A stretch of 64,000 nucleotides of DNA, taken from the IMG/VR virus record IMGVR_UViG_3300001580_000017, positions 11,066-75,065 of that record. One strand, written 5' to 3'. Below the pieces are notes generated by a model. It had not been told where the DNA came from, made no database searches, and worked only from the letters and a program-made list of their open reading frames with translations. The number at the start of each line of letters is the position of its first letter. Position 1 is the stretch's first letter. This document shows positions 28,728-39,092 of this stretch, one piece after another. Source of the DNA: a virus (lineage: Duplodnaviria; Caudoviricetes). The translations under genes and the position numbers were made by a program.

Positions 28728-28908
28728 GAAATGCCTCTATTGCTGTATTATTTATCCAGTCAACATACCAATATAATTTTCCATTGATATAGCTGCTATC
28801 GGATTTCGCGAGTTTAGTTGAACATTTGGGGCAATTAAAATTTATATTCGCATGTTCTGGTTCGGGTAGTTCTGATATAGTATCACATATTAAACATTTT
28901 ATTTTCAA
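28714..28908 (-). CDS. Zinc-ribbon protein
   Basis: CLIC...CPKC. Confidence 0.55.
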   Translation of the reverse strand: MKIKCLICDTISELPEPEHANINFNCPKCSTKLAKSDSSYINGKLYWYVDWINNTAIEAFHESN

Positions 28909-28909
28909 T

Positions 28910-29125
28910 TTAGTTTCCTTGCAGGTTAAACATTTCTTTTATTTTTGCAATTATCTTTATAGCTTCTGATTCAGTCATAGACATTGATGACCACTGATAT
29001 CCGTTGTGGGTGATAGACAATATTTTTTGATCAGATGATAGTTTGTTGTGTTCAATTTCTTCTCTGACAGCAAATGACTTCTCTCTGTGTTGTTTCATTT
29101 CTTCTTTAAAATCTTGGTCTATCAT
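28910..29125 (-). CDS. Hypothetical early protein
   Basis: Start reassigned to MIDQD by SD GGAGAG and promoter 29154-29182. Confidence 0.6.
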   Translation of the reverse strand: MIDQDFKEEMKQHREKSFAVREEIEHNKLSSDQKILSITHNGYQWSSMSMTESEAIKIIAKIKEMFNLQGN

Positions 29126-29153
29126 TTTTCTCTCCTGTTTTAAATTCAATAGT

Positions 29154-29182
29154 AATATAAGAATAATTTGATTAAATGTCAA
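29154..29182 (-). promoter_or_regulatory. Sigma70-type early promoter
   Basis: TTGACA-N17-TATATT. Confidence 0.8.
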
Positions 29183-29204
29183 ATAAATAATTAATCAATT
29201 TTAA

Positions 29205-29396
29205 CTATTTATTATAATGCATAGGACACCAAATAATTACATCCTTCTCGTTTCTTTCTATTGGATGTACTTTTTTTAATTCAATAATTTCTTCATCGGG
29301 GTATAAATCAAACATTGGGCATGTAAATTGATCTTTACATGTAAAACAAATTCCATTCTGAGACCACATTTCAATTTTTAATTTATGAGTTTTCAT
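29205..29396 (-). CDS. Small Cys-rich hypothetical protein
   Basis: CFTC...CP...WCP; SD GGAGAG. Confidence 0.55.
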   Translation of the reverse strand: MKTHKLKIEMWSQNGICFTCKDQFTCPMFDLYPDEEIIELKKVHPIERNEKDVIIWCPMHYNK

Positions 29397-29413
29397 TTGT
29401 TCTCTCCTTTAAG

Positions 29414-29647
29414 TTAAATTACGCTACTCATACTATCCACTATTAAAACTTTTGTTTCTTTACTTTTATTTTTCAACATGACATCTGCTATTATTTTATC
29501 ACAATAATCTTTTGTTGCTATCATGTTTTTTGGAATTATTGTCTTTGGTTCTCCTCCAGTCAGATTAACAATCAAATCGCCATATTGTTCTACTTCATAA
29601 ATTACAGTATCGCCATTATCGTTTTGTTCTGCTACCATTTTTATCAT
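29414..29647 (-). CDS. Hypothetical early protein
   Basis: SD GGAG, promoter upstream. Confidence 0.6.
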   Translation of the reverse strand: MIKMVAEQNDNGDTVIYEVEQYGDLIVNLTGGEPKTIIPKNMIATKDYCDKIIADVMLKNKSKETKVLIVDSMSSVI

Positions 29648-29675
29648 TGTTTTCTCCTTGCTGTTGATTTACGGT

Positions 29676-29704
29676 AATATACATAATATTTTTTCAGATG
29701 TCAA
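29676..29704 (-). promoter_or_regulatory. Sigma70-type early promoter
   Basis: TTGACA-N17-TATATT. Confidence 0.8.
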
Positions 29705-29717
29705 GCTTTTTGTTGAG

Positions 29718-29748
29718 AAAAATAAAAACCCATCGAAAAAGATGGGTT
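29718..29748 (-). terminator. Intrinsic terminator
   Basis: AACCCATC/GATGGGTT stem with T-rich tail on minus strand. Confidence 0.75.
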
Positions 29749-29780
29749 GTAGAGTAGTGATGCTAAATAAATTTTATTTA

Positions 29781-30281
29781 TTATTCTTTATGATATGTAT
29801 CCAACCCAGTTTTAAGTTCATCTTGAAGTTCTTCCAGATACTCTTTTTCAAATTCTAAATTAAAATCTCGCAAATGGCGCAAGGAAGTACCATGTTTTTT
29901 GAAATCTATGATGTCATTTTGAATTTCTTCAATTTCATCTTTTATAGAATCTTCTTTTAATTTTAAAAGTTTTTTCAAAAAACTCAAGTCAGATTGTGAA
30001 ACTTTTCTTCGTTTCGCTTGTTCTACCCAATCTCTATATTCTTTTAACTGAGCATCTGATCCCAGCATTGCTTCTTCAATTGTATCTTGAATTTCTTGTA
30101 TATCATCTTCACTTGTCCATCCTATATATTTAGCAATTTGTGATATAGTTTTACCATTCAAAAAACTATCTACTATTGCTCCAGTAAAATCATGTTCATC
30201 AGTGTATTCATCATAGTATTTATCATAAAAATCACTTTCAAGAACTATGTCAGAATATGCTTCTATTAATTTGTTACTCAT
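29781..30281 (-). CDS. Acidic hypothetical late protein, capsid-targeting-like N-terminus
   Basis: MSNKLIEAYSDIVLES; TATAAATA at 30300-30307. Confidence 0.6.
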   Translation of the reverse strand: MSNKLIEAYSDIVLESDFYDKYYDEYTDEHDFTGAIVDSFLNGKTISQIAKYIGWTSEDDIQEIQDTIEEAMLGSDAQLKEYRDWVEQAKRRKVSQSDLSFLKKLLKLKEDSIKDEIEEIQNDIIDFKKHGTSLRHLRDFNLEFEKEYLEELQDELKTGLDTYHKE

Positions 30282-30302
30282 TTTAAATCCTTTTCTCTTT
30301 AT

Positions 30303-31205
30303 TTATAAAATATCCAAAAAAGTTTCTTTGGTTGGTTCGCCATCTAATATATATGGTATGATTTCTTTGTAATTTAATTTATCCATACAGTAATCATAAA
30401 TTTTTGGATGAGTAGTTTTCATTTTATCAAACCTGTTGGGGCAACCATCTTTTTGTAAGCCGTATAAACACCACATACAGCCAGTTCTCGTGTATCCCTT
30501 ATCGTAAATAGAAGAATATTTTAAATTATATTTTTTAATATATTCCCATATATCTGTTTCATTCCAAAACGACAACGGTGCACTCGTGGCTCTTTTCTTG
30601 TCAAAGGCATTACACCCATATTTGATCCATTGCATTTTTCTCATTTCTGATTCTGATGCCATTGTTCCAATAATAGGATGAACTTCGTTTTCTTTTTCAT
30701 AATTTTTCAGTGGATTTTTCTTTAAATAATCACAGCATTTATCGCTGATTTTGAATGGAGCATCTAAAAGAAACATCCATTTTTTTGAAACTGATCCTCT
30801 TCCACCATTAGTTCTGTATAATCTTAATTTTTCACTTTTGGTGTTTCTTGCTTCATCAATATAATTAGATTGTTCCTTACTCACAACGGGATATCCATAT
30901 TTTTCTATTATTTTGTTGAATGGTACTTTCGGTTTAATTATATCAACATTTGGAACGGTATTAACAAATTCCACTATTTCTGGAAATTCTAATCCCGTGT
31001 TACAAAAAACTGCTTTCATGTTTGGATAAATTCTTCGACATAAATGTAGCAGAACAGTAGAATCTTTTCCTCCAGAGAAAGAACAGTAAACATCTCCCTT
31101 GAAATGTTCATAAAACTCTCTTATTCTTAATAAAGTTTTTTGTTCTTTTATTTCTAATGGAAGCTTAAACATCCACTGATTACTACTTTTTTCTGTTGCC
31201 ATCAT
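30303..31205 (-). CDS. PAPS-reductase-family (PP-loop) protein
   Basis: SFSGGKDSTVL, FCNTGLEFPE, KCCDYLKK, RTGCMWC. Confidence 0.88.
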   Translation of the reverse strand: MMATEKSSNQWMFKLPLEIKEQKTLLRIREFYEHFKGDVYCSFSGGKDSTVLLHLCRRIYPNMKAVFCNTGLEFPEIVEFVNTVPNVDIIKPKVPFNKIIEKYGYPVVSKEQSNYIDEARNTKSEKLRLYRTNGGRGSVSKKWMFLLDAPFKISDKCCDYLKKNPLKNYEKENEVHPIIGTMASESEMRKMQWIKYGCNAFDKKRATSAPLSFWNETDIWEYIKKYNLKYSSIYDKGYTRTGCMWCLYGLQKDGCPNRFDKMKTTHPKIYDYCMDKLNYKEIIPYILDGEPTKETFLDIL

Positions 31206-31212
31206 TTTTCCA

Positions 31213-33522
31213 TTAACTACATTTAGAATTTCCGCATTGTGGGCATAAACTACAACCAGATTGAAAAATTAACAAGCTTCCACAAGATTCACATTTTTCA
31301 CCCGTCAGAGTATTTTCTGGAAGATATTCACCCAATAATTTTTTTATTTGAAATATAAAAGAATAAATCGGGGGATTAATTATCTCAATTGTTTTTATTA
31401 TTTCTATTATCGGAACACGATGTCTCAACAACATTCCGAGTACTCTGGCTATTTTTACCACATTTGGTTGTTTATTGGCAGCATTTTCTAATAATTTTTC
31501 AAGATGACCATTCTTGATATATTTTTTCGCAAGTTTAATTAAATGATCCAACACATCTTCAGTTAATATGGTTGTTTCTGTATTATTCGTATTTACAAAC
31601 AACGCATTCGGCAATTTTGTCTCTGGATCAATGGTGTAAGTGATATACCACTTTTTGCCTTCTGATCTAATAACTTTTAATTTTGCATCACTATTATCAG
31701 GGAATTTGTAATCATCTAATATTTGCCATTCTCTTTTATCTTTTTCTGTGGCATTTAATACACCCTCACGACAACCATCTCTATAAATCGTAATTCCTTT
31801 TAATTCTTTTTCATGAGCATATTTGTATATATCAGAAATAGTTTCTTTTGTGGTTTCTTTTGGTAAATTTATGGTACTTGAAATTGCGGAACTTATATAT
31901 TGCTGAAGAATTGCTTGAATATCTACTCTATCTTTCCAATTAATATCTTTTGAAGTTATAAAATTTGGATTCTCAAAATGAGCATTTTCTCCAAAAATTT
32001 TATTATACTCCAACACGAGAGGATGATAGATTGTATATTTTTCTTTTTGACCGGTCTTTCCAGCTTGATGTATCGTTCTATCATAAGACAACATGAATAT
32101 TGGTTCTATTCCAGAAGAAGTTTGTAGTACTATAGAAATTGATCCGGAAGGAGCACAAGTAGTATAACCGATGTTTCTTGTTCCATATTTTTTTAGTTCC
32201 GAAAGTATGTCCATTGTCAAGTTTTTAAAATAAGTATGATTAGTCCATAGTTCAATTTCTTCTGTATTTTCGTATTTTTTTAATATTTGGCATTTTCCTC
32301 TTTCTTTGGATAAATTCACACTTGCTTTAATAGAGTGTAGATATAGAATTTTACCAATTTTATTCAAGACTATTTTTGAAGTTTCACTTCCATAAACTAT
32401 ATTTAATCTTATGAAACAATCCGCTAATCCGGTAATACCTAAACCGATTTTATTCCCCATTAATGTCGCTTCTTTGTTGATGTCCAGAGGCTCTCTATCT
32501 AAATTTAAAATATTTACATTATCAAGAAATCTTATAGAATTTTCAATTATTTCTCCAAACAAAGTATAATCAAATTCGGCTGTATCAGTAAAAGAATTTT
32601 TTACAAATTTGTTTAAATCTATACTACCGAGACAACAGCTACCACCATTATTGAGTGGTAATTCTCCACACGGATTTGTACTGACTGGGCGAGTTTCATC
32701 AAAAACCGATGCGGGTTCTTTTAATACATTATTCCAAAAAAGTATTCCGGGTTCAGCCCCCGCCCAATTTGACTCCACAAATAAATCCCATATAATAGAA
32801 GCTTTTTCTTTTTTGGTAATATATGTTCCATTTTTTAATTTAAATGACATTTCCCATTCTTCATCATTTTTTAAAGCTTGAATAAATTCATCTGATATTT
32901 TAACAGATATATTCGCGAATTGAACTTTACTTTTATCGCCTCCCCCTTTAACTTTTATGAAATCTATTATATCTGGACTTTTTATATCCATAGTTAACAT
33001 CAAAGCTCCTCGCCTTCCATATTGCCCTATCAATCCAGTAACCATAGAATATAAATCCATGAATGAAACCGCGCCAGTTGTGGTTTTTGCTGAATTGTTC
33101 ACTGGTGCTCCTTTTGGTCTCAGAGTAGAAATATCAAAACCAACTCCTCCACCCTTACTAAATAATTTTGCTTGTCTTTTTGCTGTTTCAAATATGCCAT
33201 CTATGCTATCTTCATCTATTTGAATAACATAACAATTTTTTAAAGTTGCAGTCATATCATTTGGATTTCCGAGAGCATATAAAATTCTTCCGCCCGGTGT
33301 AAAATAATCTAATGTTTTTCTAAATTTACCCAACCATAAATTTTGATTTTCAAATGTTTCTGCTTTTATTATTGCTGTCGCTAATCTGTCTCTCATATCA
33401 TCTAACGAAAATTCTAATAATTCTCCAGTTTCTTCATTCTTGGTTGCATATTTTTTCATAAACACATCAGTTGCGAGTTCATCATTATTAAAATTTTTCA
33501 AAACTTTCTTTCTTTGTTCCAT
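31213..33522 (-). CDS. nrdJ: Class II (B12-dependent) ribonucleotide reductase with C-terminal zinc ribbon
   Basis: PGGRIL, NCYV, GGGVG, RRGALM, GAEPG, TNPCGELPL, APSGSIS, KGITIYRDG, CESC...CPQC. Confidence 0.9.
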   Translation of the reverse strand: MEQRKKVLKNFNNDELATDVFMKKYATKNEETGELLEFSLDDMRDRLATAIIKAETFENQNLWLGKFRKTLDYFTPGGRILYALGNPNDMTATLKNCYVIQIDEDSIDGIFETAKRQAKLFSKGGGVGFDISTLRPKGAPVNNSAKTTTGAVSFMDLYSMVTGLIGQYGRRGALMLTMDIKSPDIIDFIKVKGGGDKSKVQFANISVKISDEFIQALKNDEEWEMSFKLKNGTYITKKEKASIIWDLFVESNWAGAEPGILFWNNVLKEPASVFDETRPVSTNPCGELPLNNGGSCCLGSIDLNKFVKNSFTDTAEFDYTLFGEIIENSIRFLDNVNILNLDREPLDINKEATLMGNKIGLGITGLADCFIRLNIVYGSETSKIVLNKIGKILYLHSIKASVNLSKERGKCQILKKYENTEEIELWTNHTYFKNLTMDILSELKKYGTRNIGYTTCAPSGSISIVLQTSSGIEPIFMLSYDRTIHQAGKTGQKEKYTIYHPLVLEYNKIFGENAHFENPNFITSKDINWKDRVDIQAILQQYISSAISSTINLPKETTKETISDIYKYAHEKELKGITIYRDGCREGVLNATEKDKREWQILDDYKFPDNSDAKLKVIRSEGKKWYITYTIDPETKLPNALFVNTNNTETTILTEDVLDHLIKLAKKYIKNGHLEKLLENAANKQPNVVKIARVLGMLLRHRVPIIEIIKTIEIINPPIYSFIFQIKKLLGEYLPENTLTGEKCESCGSLLIFQSGCSLCPQCGNSKCS

Positions 33523-33565
33523 AAATGAATTTCCTTATCTACAATATTATTTTATTTAATTTTTA

Positions 33566-34204
33566 TTAACTATTCAGTTTTTGAAGTGCCACCATCTTTA
33601 AAGCTCGTATTTCTGTTGGTGTAAATTCAGAAATAATCTCCGTTGTGTTGATATCCGGAGTTTTAAAAATAAAAGGTCTGTTTCTCACTGTGCTATAAAA
33701 TTCTCCATCTTTTCCGAACATCGGTGATCCCAATTTAACTTCCACCCCAATTTCACCGAATCCCGGATAAGCTCCGCATTTATTTGTACTGATGAGATAA
33801 TATTCTCCACTCGCTTTTGCATAGGTAATACTGTCTTGCCAATTCATTGTTCCGAGTACAATTAAATGGTTTTTTAATTTTCCTGTATCTTTTATATCAA
33901 CCACAAATAAACTTTTTTCTCTTACACGAATTTCTGGTAAAGTTTCATGTTTAAAAATTTCAATATAGAAACCATCAATATCAGTTACAGAATACCCCAA
34001 ACCAATTAAAATTGCTCTCAGTTCTCGGTGATTATCCATTTTCTTTTTATATGGTATTCTTATTTTATCTTCGCCACATCCTTCATAAGTTCTAAAAGCA
34101 CTTATAGTTCCACAATCAGGGTTCTTTGCAAAATCATCCAATCTTCTGAGACTGCTTTCTTTAATACTTTTGCTACAATACATTTTTAACAATTTTTCAT
34201 TCAT
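33566..34204 (-). CDS. Hypothetical late protein (DUF3293-like)
   Basis: IKESSLRRL, GTISAFR, L...LGYSVTDIDGFYIE, EKSLFV, WQDSI. Confidence 0.5.
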   Translation of the reverse strand: MNEKLLKMYCSKSIKESSLRRLDDFAKNPDCGTISAFRTYEGCGEDKIRIPYKKKMDNHRELRAILIGLGYSVTDIDGFYIEIFKHETLPEIRVREKSLFVVDIKDTGKLKNHLIVLGTMNWQDSITYAKASGEYYLISTNKCGAYPGFGEIGVEVKLGSPMFGKDGEFYSTVRNRPFIFKTPDINTTEIISEFTPTEIRALKMVALQKLNS

Positions 34205-34218
34205 TCATTTGTTCTCCT

Positions 34219-35235
34219 TTAAAAAATCAATTTCTCGTATCTGTTGTAAGATAAACCCAATGTATTCATTAAAACCATTATTTCCCACAAACATTGCTTA
34301 TCTTCTGCTCCACCAATTATAGTTGCTCCATCAAAATCTTTTAAAATATTAAAATCAAAATTTGGAAGTGCTATAACGATATCTTCATTTTTTAATTCTG
34401 TTTTTATTTTATCGGGAAGTTCCATGTTTTGAATATCTTCATCAGTCAATTCATCAGTGGAGAAATGATAGTTATTCATCAGATACAATAATATAGCTTG
34501 AATGTATTCCTCTGCTACATTATTATCAAGATCACGAATAAATCCATAACCCTTTTCAACCCAAATAATCCTATTCAAAAATTCATCCATTTCTTCACTG
34601 AAATCATTCGCAGAATTTTTTATCCAGTTTTTGATATCATGTTCTTTATCCAAATTCATCAAAGTTCCATTATAGAAGTAAATAATATCGCCCTTGAATT
34701 TTTTCAAAGATAAAGCGAACTGCTCTGGGGTAAATCCAAATCCTTTCGTGTATTGAGGTTGAATATCCACAACAATTAGTTTATCGCCGGTTATCTTGAA
34801 ATAACTGTTTCCGTGAATAATGTTTTGATCCTTGGCAAAACGAATTATATCAATGTAATCTTTTGCTATTTTTGATTCCATTATTTCTTGAGCGATTGGA
34901 GAATAAAATCCATTTTGCGCTTTACCATGAAAATCCAAAGGTGTGATTGTATATCCATCCCAATTAAAATCTTTTTCCACTATATCAGGAAGATAGCCAA
35001 AACATTTTTCTATATCAGGTATTCCATAGCCAGTGACCAAGTATAAATTTCCGTTATTTGTGTTGAACATAAACCTGCCACTATTTCCTATGAATATTTT
35101 TAGATAAATATTTCCGGGGATAACCTGAATGGTGTCTGGAGATTTATCGATGTTTGTGTCTTTCTCATTATACTTTAATATTTTTTGAGAAAGCTGGGTT
35201 ATAAATTTATCAAACTCGGATTTAAACTTCATCAT
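34219..35235 (-). CDS. Multi-domain hypothetical late protein
   Basis: EIMESK linker; downstream of TATAAATA 35422-35429. Confidence 0.55.
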   Translation of the reverse strand: MMKFKSEFDKFITQLSQKILKYNEKDTNIDKSPDTIQVIPGNIYLKIFIGNSGRFMFNTNNGNLYLVTGYGIPDIEKCFGYLPDIVEKDFNWDGYTITPLDFHGKAQNGFYSPIAQEIMESKIAKDYIDIIRFAKDQNIIHGNSYFKITGDKLIVVDIQPQYTKGFGFTPEQFALSLKKFKGDIIYFYNGTLMNLDKEHDIKNWIKNSANDFSEEMDEFLNRIIWVEKGYGFIRDLDNNVAEEYIQAILLYLMNNYHFSTDELTDEDIQNMELPDKIKTELKNEDIVIALPNFDFNILKDFDGATIIGGAEDKQCLWEIMVLMNTLGLSYNRYEKLIF

Positions 35236-35443
35236 TTGTGTAGGTTTTATTCTCCATATAATTTTTCATAGCTTTCATCCAGTTGTCTGCTATATCATTT
35301 ATTACTTTAGCATCATAATCTGTAACAAACAACCCGCCAGTATATTCTTCCCAAAAAAGAGAATTTTGGGCTTTTATTTTTGTTGTTGGAGATTGTTTGC
35401 TTGGCTTAGTTTTCATATCATTATTTATAATAATTTCTTCCAT
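35222..35443 (-). CDS. Hypothetical protein (true start possibly 35416)
   Basis: Short ORF; late promoter lies in its first codons. Confidence 0.45.
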   Translation of the reverse strand: MEEIIINNDMKTKPSKQSPTTKIKAQNSLFWEEYTGGLFVTDYDAKVINDIADNWMKAMKNYMENKTYTNDEV

Positions 35444-35446
35444 AAT

Positions 35447-36415
35447 TTACAAAAATTTAAGATTATTCGCCAAATGTACCAAACAAGCTCGAAGTATAAT
35501 TAATGAGTCTGTACATATTCCATTATCAGCTACATATTTTCCAAGTATTAAAGTTGCTTTGGATATGTTTTCGTCATCAGATTGAATTATGTTATACATT
35601 ATACTATCGAACTCTCGGAAGAATGTGTTGGCATCTGTATCTATTGCAATTTTTCTCAGTTCTTTTATATTTTTTGATTTCAGGGCAGAAACCAGTTCAT
35701 CTGTTACACCCTTTCCCATATCAAGAATTTTGGCATCAACTTTTGACCGATTATACATTATGCTATACTGATGAAGGGTTGCAATTGTCTTTCTGAAATC
35801 TGGAAATTTTTGAATAATTAGTTTTTGAATTACATCTTCGTCATATTCAATGTTTTCATTTTGCAGAATATAAAATAATCTTTTTCTGAATGCCAAAGCA
35901 AGCTGTCCACGTTCTTCTCTGTTAGCTGGTATCAGATTGAATAATCCTTGAGATAATCTTGATCTGAGTGGTTCTATGATAGCAGATTCATTGTTTGTAC
36001 TCAATATGAATCTTGCCACATGTTCAAGTTCCTCTATTGTAACTTTAAGGGACATCTGCAAAGCTGGTGTCATTTGCTCCGCTTCATCAATGTAAATGAG
36101 TTTGTATTTGAATGTTTTATCGGCATCGGCGTAGGTACTGGCATATTTAATAATTTTATCCAGATTGGCTATTCCTCTATCTTCCCTGCTTGATCCGTTT
36201 AGATACATCATATCAGCATTTAATTCTGTTTGAAGCACTTTGACAAGTGTAGTTTTTCCTGTTCCCGAATTTCCATATAAGAGCATGTTCGGAAGATTTT
36301 GTTCTTTGATACAACTCTCAAAATAATTTCTGATATTGTTTGTGAGTATGCAGTCCTTTAGTGTTGGTGGTCTCCATTTCTCTACCCATATGCTTGTGTC
36401 AGTTGTTTCTTTCAT
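35447..36415 (-). CDS. gp44: Clamp loader large subunit gp44
   Basis: WVEKWRP, LLYGNSGTGKTT, IDEAE, IIEPLRSR, FPDFRK. Confidence 0.92.
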   Translation of the reverse strand: MKETTDTSIWVEKWRPPTLKDCILTNNIRNYFESCIKEQNLPNMLLYGNSGTGKTTLVKVLQTELNADMMYLNGSSREDRGIANLDKIIKYASTYADADKTFKYKLIYIDEAEQMTPALQMSLKVTIEELEHVARFILSTNNESAIIEPLRSRLSQGLFNLIPANREERGQLALAFRKRLFYILQNENIEYDEDVIQKLIIQKFPDFRKTIATLHQYSIMYNRSKVDAKILDMGKGVTDELVSALKSKNIKELRKIAIDTDANTFFREFDSIMYNIIQSDDENISKATLILGKYVADNGICTDSLIILRACLVHLANNLKFL

Positions 36416-36425
36416 AATTATCCTT

Positions 36426-36773
36426 TTAAAATTTTTGTAAATATATTGTTTTGTTTAAGTTTTCTGCGAGTTTCAGTGAATGTTCTGTTCCTTTAGACCC
36501 GCCGATCCAAAAAGCGAAAACCACATCACAATTTTCTATGATATCTTTATTTCTAACAAAACCCGCCCGTCTTCCAAATTTTTCCCATTCCGGTTTGAAT
36601 ATAAGTTTTTTTATTTTAAACTCATTCGCAAAAATTTCACCAAGTGTATCTGCTCCATTTGCTCCACCAGAAATAATTAATTCTATCTCATTTACATTAA
36701 CATTTTTTTGAATGAAATCTTTTAGTTTCTGATAATCATTAAAATTTCTTGATCCGATAATAGCAACTTTCAT
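36426..36773 (-). CDS. SLOG family (DUF2493/YspA-like) protein
   Basis: IIGSRNF, ISGGANGAD, AGFVRN, AFW.GGSKGT. Confidence 0.85.
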   Translation of the reverse strand: MKVAIIGSRNFNDYQKLKDFIQKNVNVNEIELIISGGANGADTLGEIFANEFKIKKLIFKPEWEKFGRRAGFVRNKDIIENCDVVFAFWIGGSKGTEHSLKLAENLNKTIYLQKF

Positions 36774-37217
36774 TTAAAAATCCTCCCCCGCAAGATATCT
36801 CAAATAATCTAATTTGTTCTTAATATCAAATCTCTGATCATTTAATAAGCCTTGTATTCTATGAACGAATGTAGTTGTTAAATCCACTGCATCCATAAAA
36901 TTTTTATAGCTTATCATAACTGCATCACTATCCAGCTTTTTTTCTATTTCTTTTTCACTCATGGTATAAACATTTACGTCTTTTATTGAAAAATATTTTA
37001 TGCTACGAATTTTTTTATATTCAGTATCGAGTGCAGTCTGAATCTTTTTCCATTTATTATAGTGAGTTAACCAATTTTGAATTTTTGAACAGTTGTTAAA
37101 ATTTTCTTCCATATCAGAATTTATAACCAAATCTTGAATAGCTTGTTGCTCAAGTTTTTTTAATTCGGTGTATATCTGTTCGATTTTTTCTGTTGGAATT
37201 GCCTTTATTTCTTGCAT
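36774..37217 (-). CDS. uvsY: Recombination mediator UvsY
   Basis: Helical, EIEKKLDSD, RFDIKNKLDYLRYLAG; next to uvsW. Confidence 0.75.
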   Translation of the reverse strand: MQEIKAIPTEKIEQIYTELKKLEQQAIQDLVINSDMEENFNNCSKIQNWLTHYNKWKKIQTALDTEYKKIRSIKYFSIKDVNVYTMSEKEIEKKLDSDAVMISYKNFMDAVDLTTTFVHRIQGLLNDQRFDIKNKLDYLRYLAGEDF

Positions 37218-37244
37218 TTTCCCTTCCTTTTTGTTTGTAATGCT

Positions 37245-37273
37245 AAGTTAATACTAATTTTTATTTTTGTCAA
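37245..37273 (-). promoter_or_regulatory. Sigma70-type promoter
   Basis: TTGACA-N17-TAACTT. Confidence 0.65.
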
Positions 37274-37289
37274 GAGTTTTTTAGCTTTT

Positions 37290-37610
37290 CTACATATAAT
37301 CTTCTTCCAAAACTTCTTCCATATCCCTATTTGTTTTCCATAAAACTTTTCCGGATGAATCTTTTAATGAAATGAAATAATCAAAATCTTCTGTTCCATT
37401 AAGAGCGTCAATATAGTCCAATAATTTAATAGTTTCACTTTCCGGTGTTAAATTAAAATCAAGATAAAATCTGTCTATATATGCATAACCATAGAATAAA
37501 CTACACATCATCAAAATTGCTTCATTATCGGTATCAGCTTCAAATAAAATATTATCAACCATATCTTCCATATTACATTCAAATGGAACTATTTCTAAAA
37601 CATATCTCAC
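37290..37610 (-). CDS. Acidic hypothetical protein
   Basis: Overlaps uvsW stop. Confidence 0.55.
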   Translation of the reverse strand: MRYVLEIVPFECNMEDMVDNILFEADTDNEAILMMCSLFYGYAYIDRFYLDFNLTPESETIKLLDYIDALNGTEDFDYFISLKDSSGKVLWKTNRDMEEVLEEDYM

Positions 37611-39085
37611 AGCAAATTGACCTCTTTTATTTCTACAGGATAACCCTCTGTTTCGTATATATGCAATCTTTCTTTATGATGTTTCATTATGTAGTTTGTA
37701 TAGTGTTTTTCGCTTAAACAAAGATCATCATTGATATCCCATACAGTTAAACGATCCTTTTTCTCGTGCATCCTTAATCCTCTACCTATGGTCTGAATAA
37801 CTCTTATAAAACTTTTTGTGCTATGAGCCAAGAATATATGATGAATATTTTTTATATTTATTCCTGTGCTGAATGTTCCATAAGAAGCAAGTATAATTAA
37901 GTTATCTTCTTTTTCCGCAACAAATCTCGATTGTTCTCTTATATCAATATCAACGCCACCATCAATATACAGTATCTTTTTATCTGGAAATCGTTGTTTA
38001 AATAAATCTAATAAAACTTTTCCATGCTTTTCTATATACTGAAATAGAACCAATGTATTTTGCGTTCCACAATTTTCTTTTATTGTGTTTACAAGATACT
38101 CATTTCTGCGATCACTCTTCATCAAATAATCTATTTCATCATGATAATTTCTGCTAAATTCATCAGCAGCCATAACTCTTTCAGAATGGGGATATCTTAA
38201 AATAACAGAATAAACCATCATATCTGCTAATATTTTTGCTTCTTTTAATTCTTCATAAGTTCTATAGAATACCGGTTCTCCGATGTAACCAACAGCAGAA
38301 TAATAATCAATGTTTTTATTTTGCGGAAGTGTTCCTGTAGTTCCTATCCGATATTCCGCTTTTTTTAGTTTTGAAAGAATTTCGGCTATTATTTTTGAAT
38401 TTACTTTTGCTTTATGAACTTCATCAACAATCACACAATCAAATTTATCTAATTCTTCCTCTGATAACCGGTGAATACTTTGCCATGTGGAAATTATAAG
38501 AGGATATTCACCAAAACTTTTTTCTACCCCACCAGAGATACATTTTAAATTATCTCCATCATATCCATAGCTTATGAGATCAGATTCCATTTGTTTTATC
38601 AGACCAAGTTCTGATACAATCAATAAAGTTTTTTTGTTTAAATAGTTCATAAAAAAATTTATGAAGTGGATAATTGCAGATTTTCCTGTGCCTGTTTTTG
38701 AAATTATACATATATTTCTTTTCTTGATTGCATCAAAAAATGCTTCTATCTGAAAATCGTGGGGCTCCCAAGGAAAGGGAACGGTATCAAGAAATTCCAG
38801 AAGTTTATCTTCATTAATTTTTCTTTCAATTAAAAAATCTATAGTGTAACTGTAATTGTTTTTTGTTATAAAATCCAATAGTCTGGGAGTAAAACCAATC
38901 GGAAGTTTTCCTTGCTTGAATAGGGTAATTTTTCCATCCCATATTCCTTGCTTATATTTAGGAGAAAACCAATATTTGTCGGTAATAAAACTGAAATGGT
39001 TTTTTATTCCTTCATAGATATTAACATCAAAGGTTTTAATTGCTATTTCAGCATGATTTATTTTAGTTATGGTTATGTCTGACAA
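37607..39085 (-). CDS. uvsW: SF2 helicase UvsW
   Basis: KTGTGKS, STWQS, VDEVH, GTTGT, ASYGTFSTGINI, QTIGRGLR. Confidence 0.93.
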   Translation of the reverse strand: MSDITITKINHAEIAIKTFDVNIYEGIKNHFSFITDKYWFSPKYKQGIWDGKITLFKQGKLPIGFTPRLLDFITKNNYSYTIDFLIERKINEDKLLEFLDTVPFPWEPHDFQIEAFFDAIKKRNICIISKTGTGKSAIIHFINFFMNYLNKKTLLIVSELGLIKQMESDLISYGYDGDNLKCISGGVEKSFGEYPLIISTWQSIHRLSEEELDKFDCVIVDEVHKAKVNSKIIAEILSKLKKAEYRIGTTGTLPQNKNIDYYSAVGYIGEPVFYRTYEELKEAKILADMMVYSVILRYPHSERVMAADEFSRNYHDEIDYLMKSDRRNEYLVNTIKENCGTQNTLVLFQYIEKHGKVLLDLFKQRFPDKKILYIDGGVDIDIREQSRFVAEKEDNLIILASYGTFSTGINIKNIHHIFLAHSTKSFIRVIQTIGRGLRMHEKKDRLTVWDINDDLCLSEKHYTNYIMKHHKERLHIYETEGYPVEIKEVNLL

Positions 39086-39092
39086 AATTTTC

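Noticed and set aside
29670-29681. Self-target of the 44188 TnpB guide (shared ACGGTAATATA)
   Set aside because: Match covers only the distal 11 nt, reflects the shared promoter -10 context and misses the seed
31213-33522. Intein or intron in nrdJ
   Set aside because: Motifs are contiguous and the length is normal
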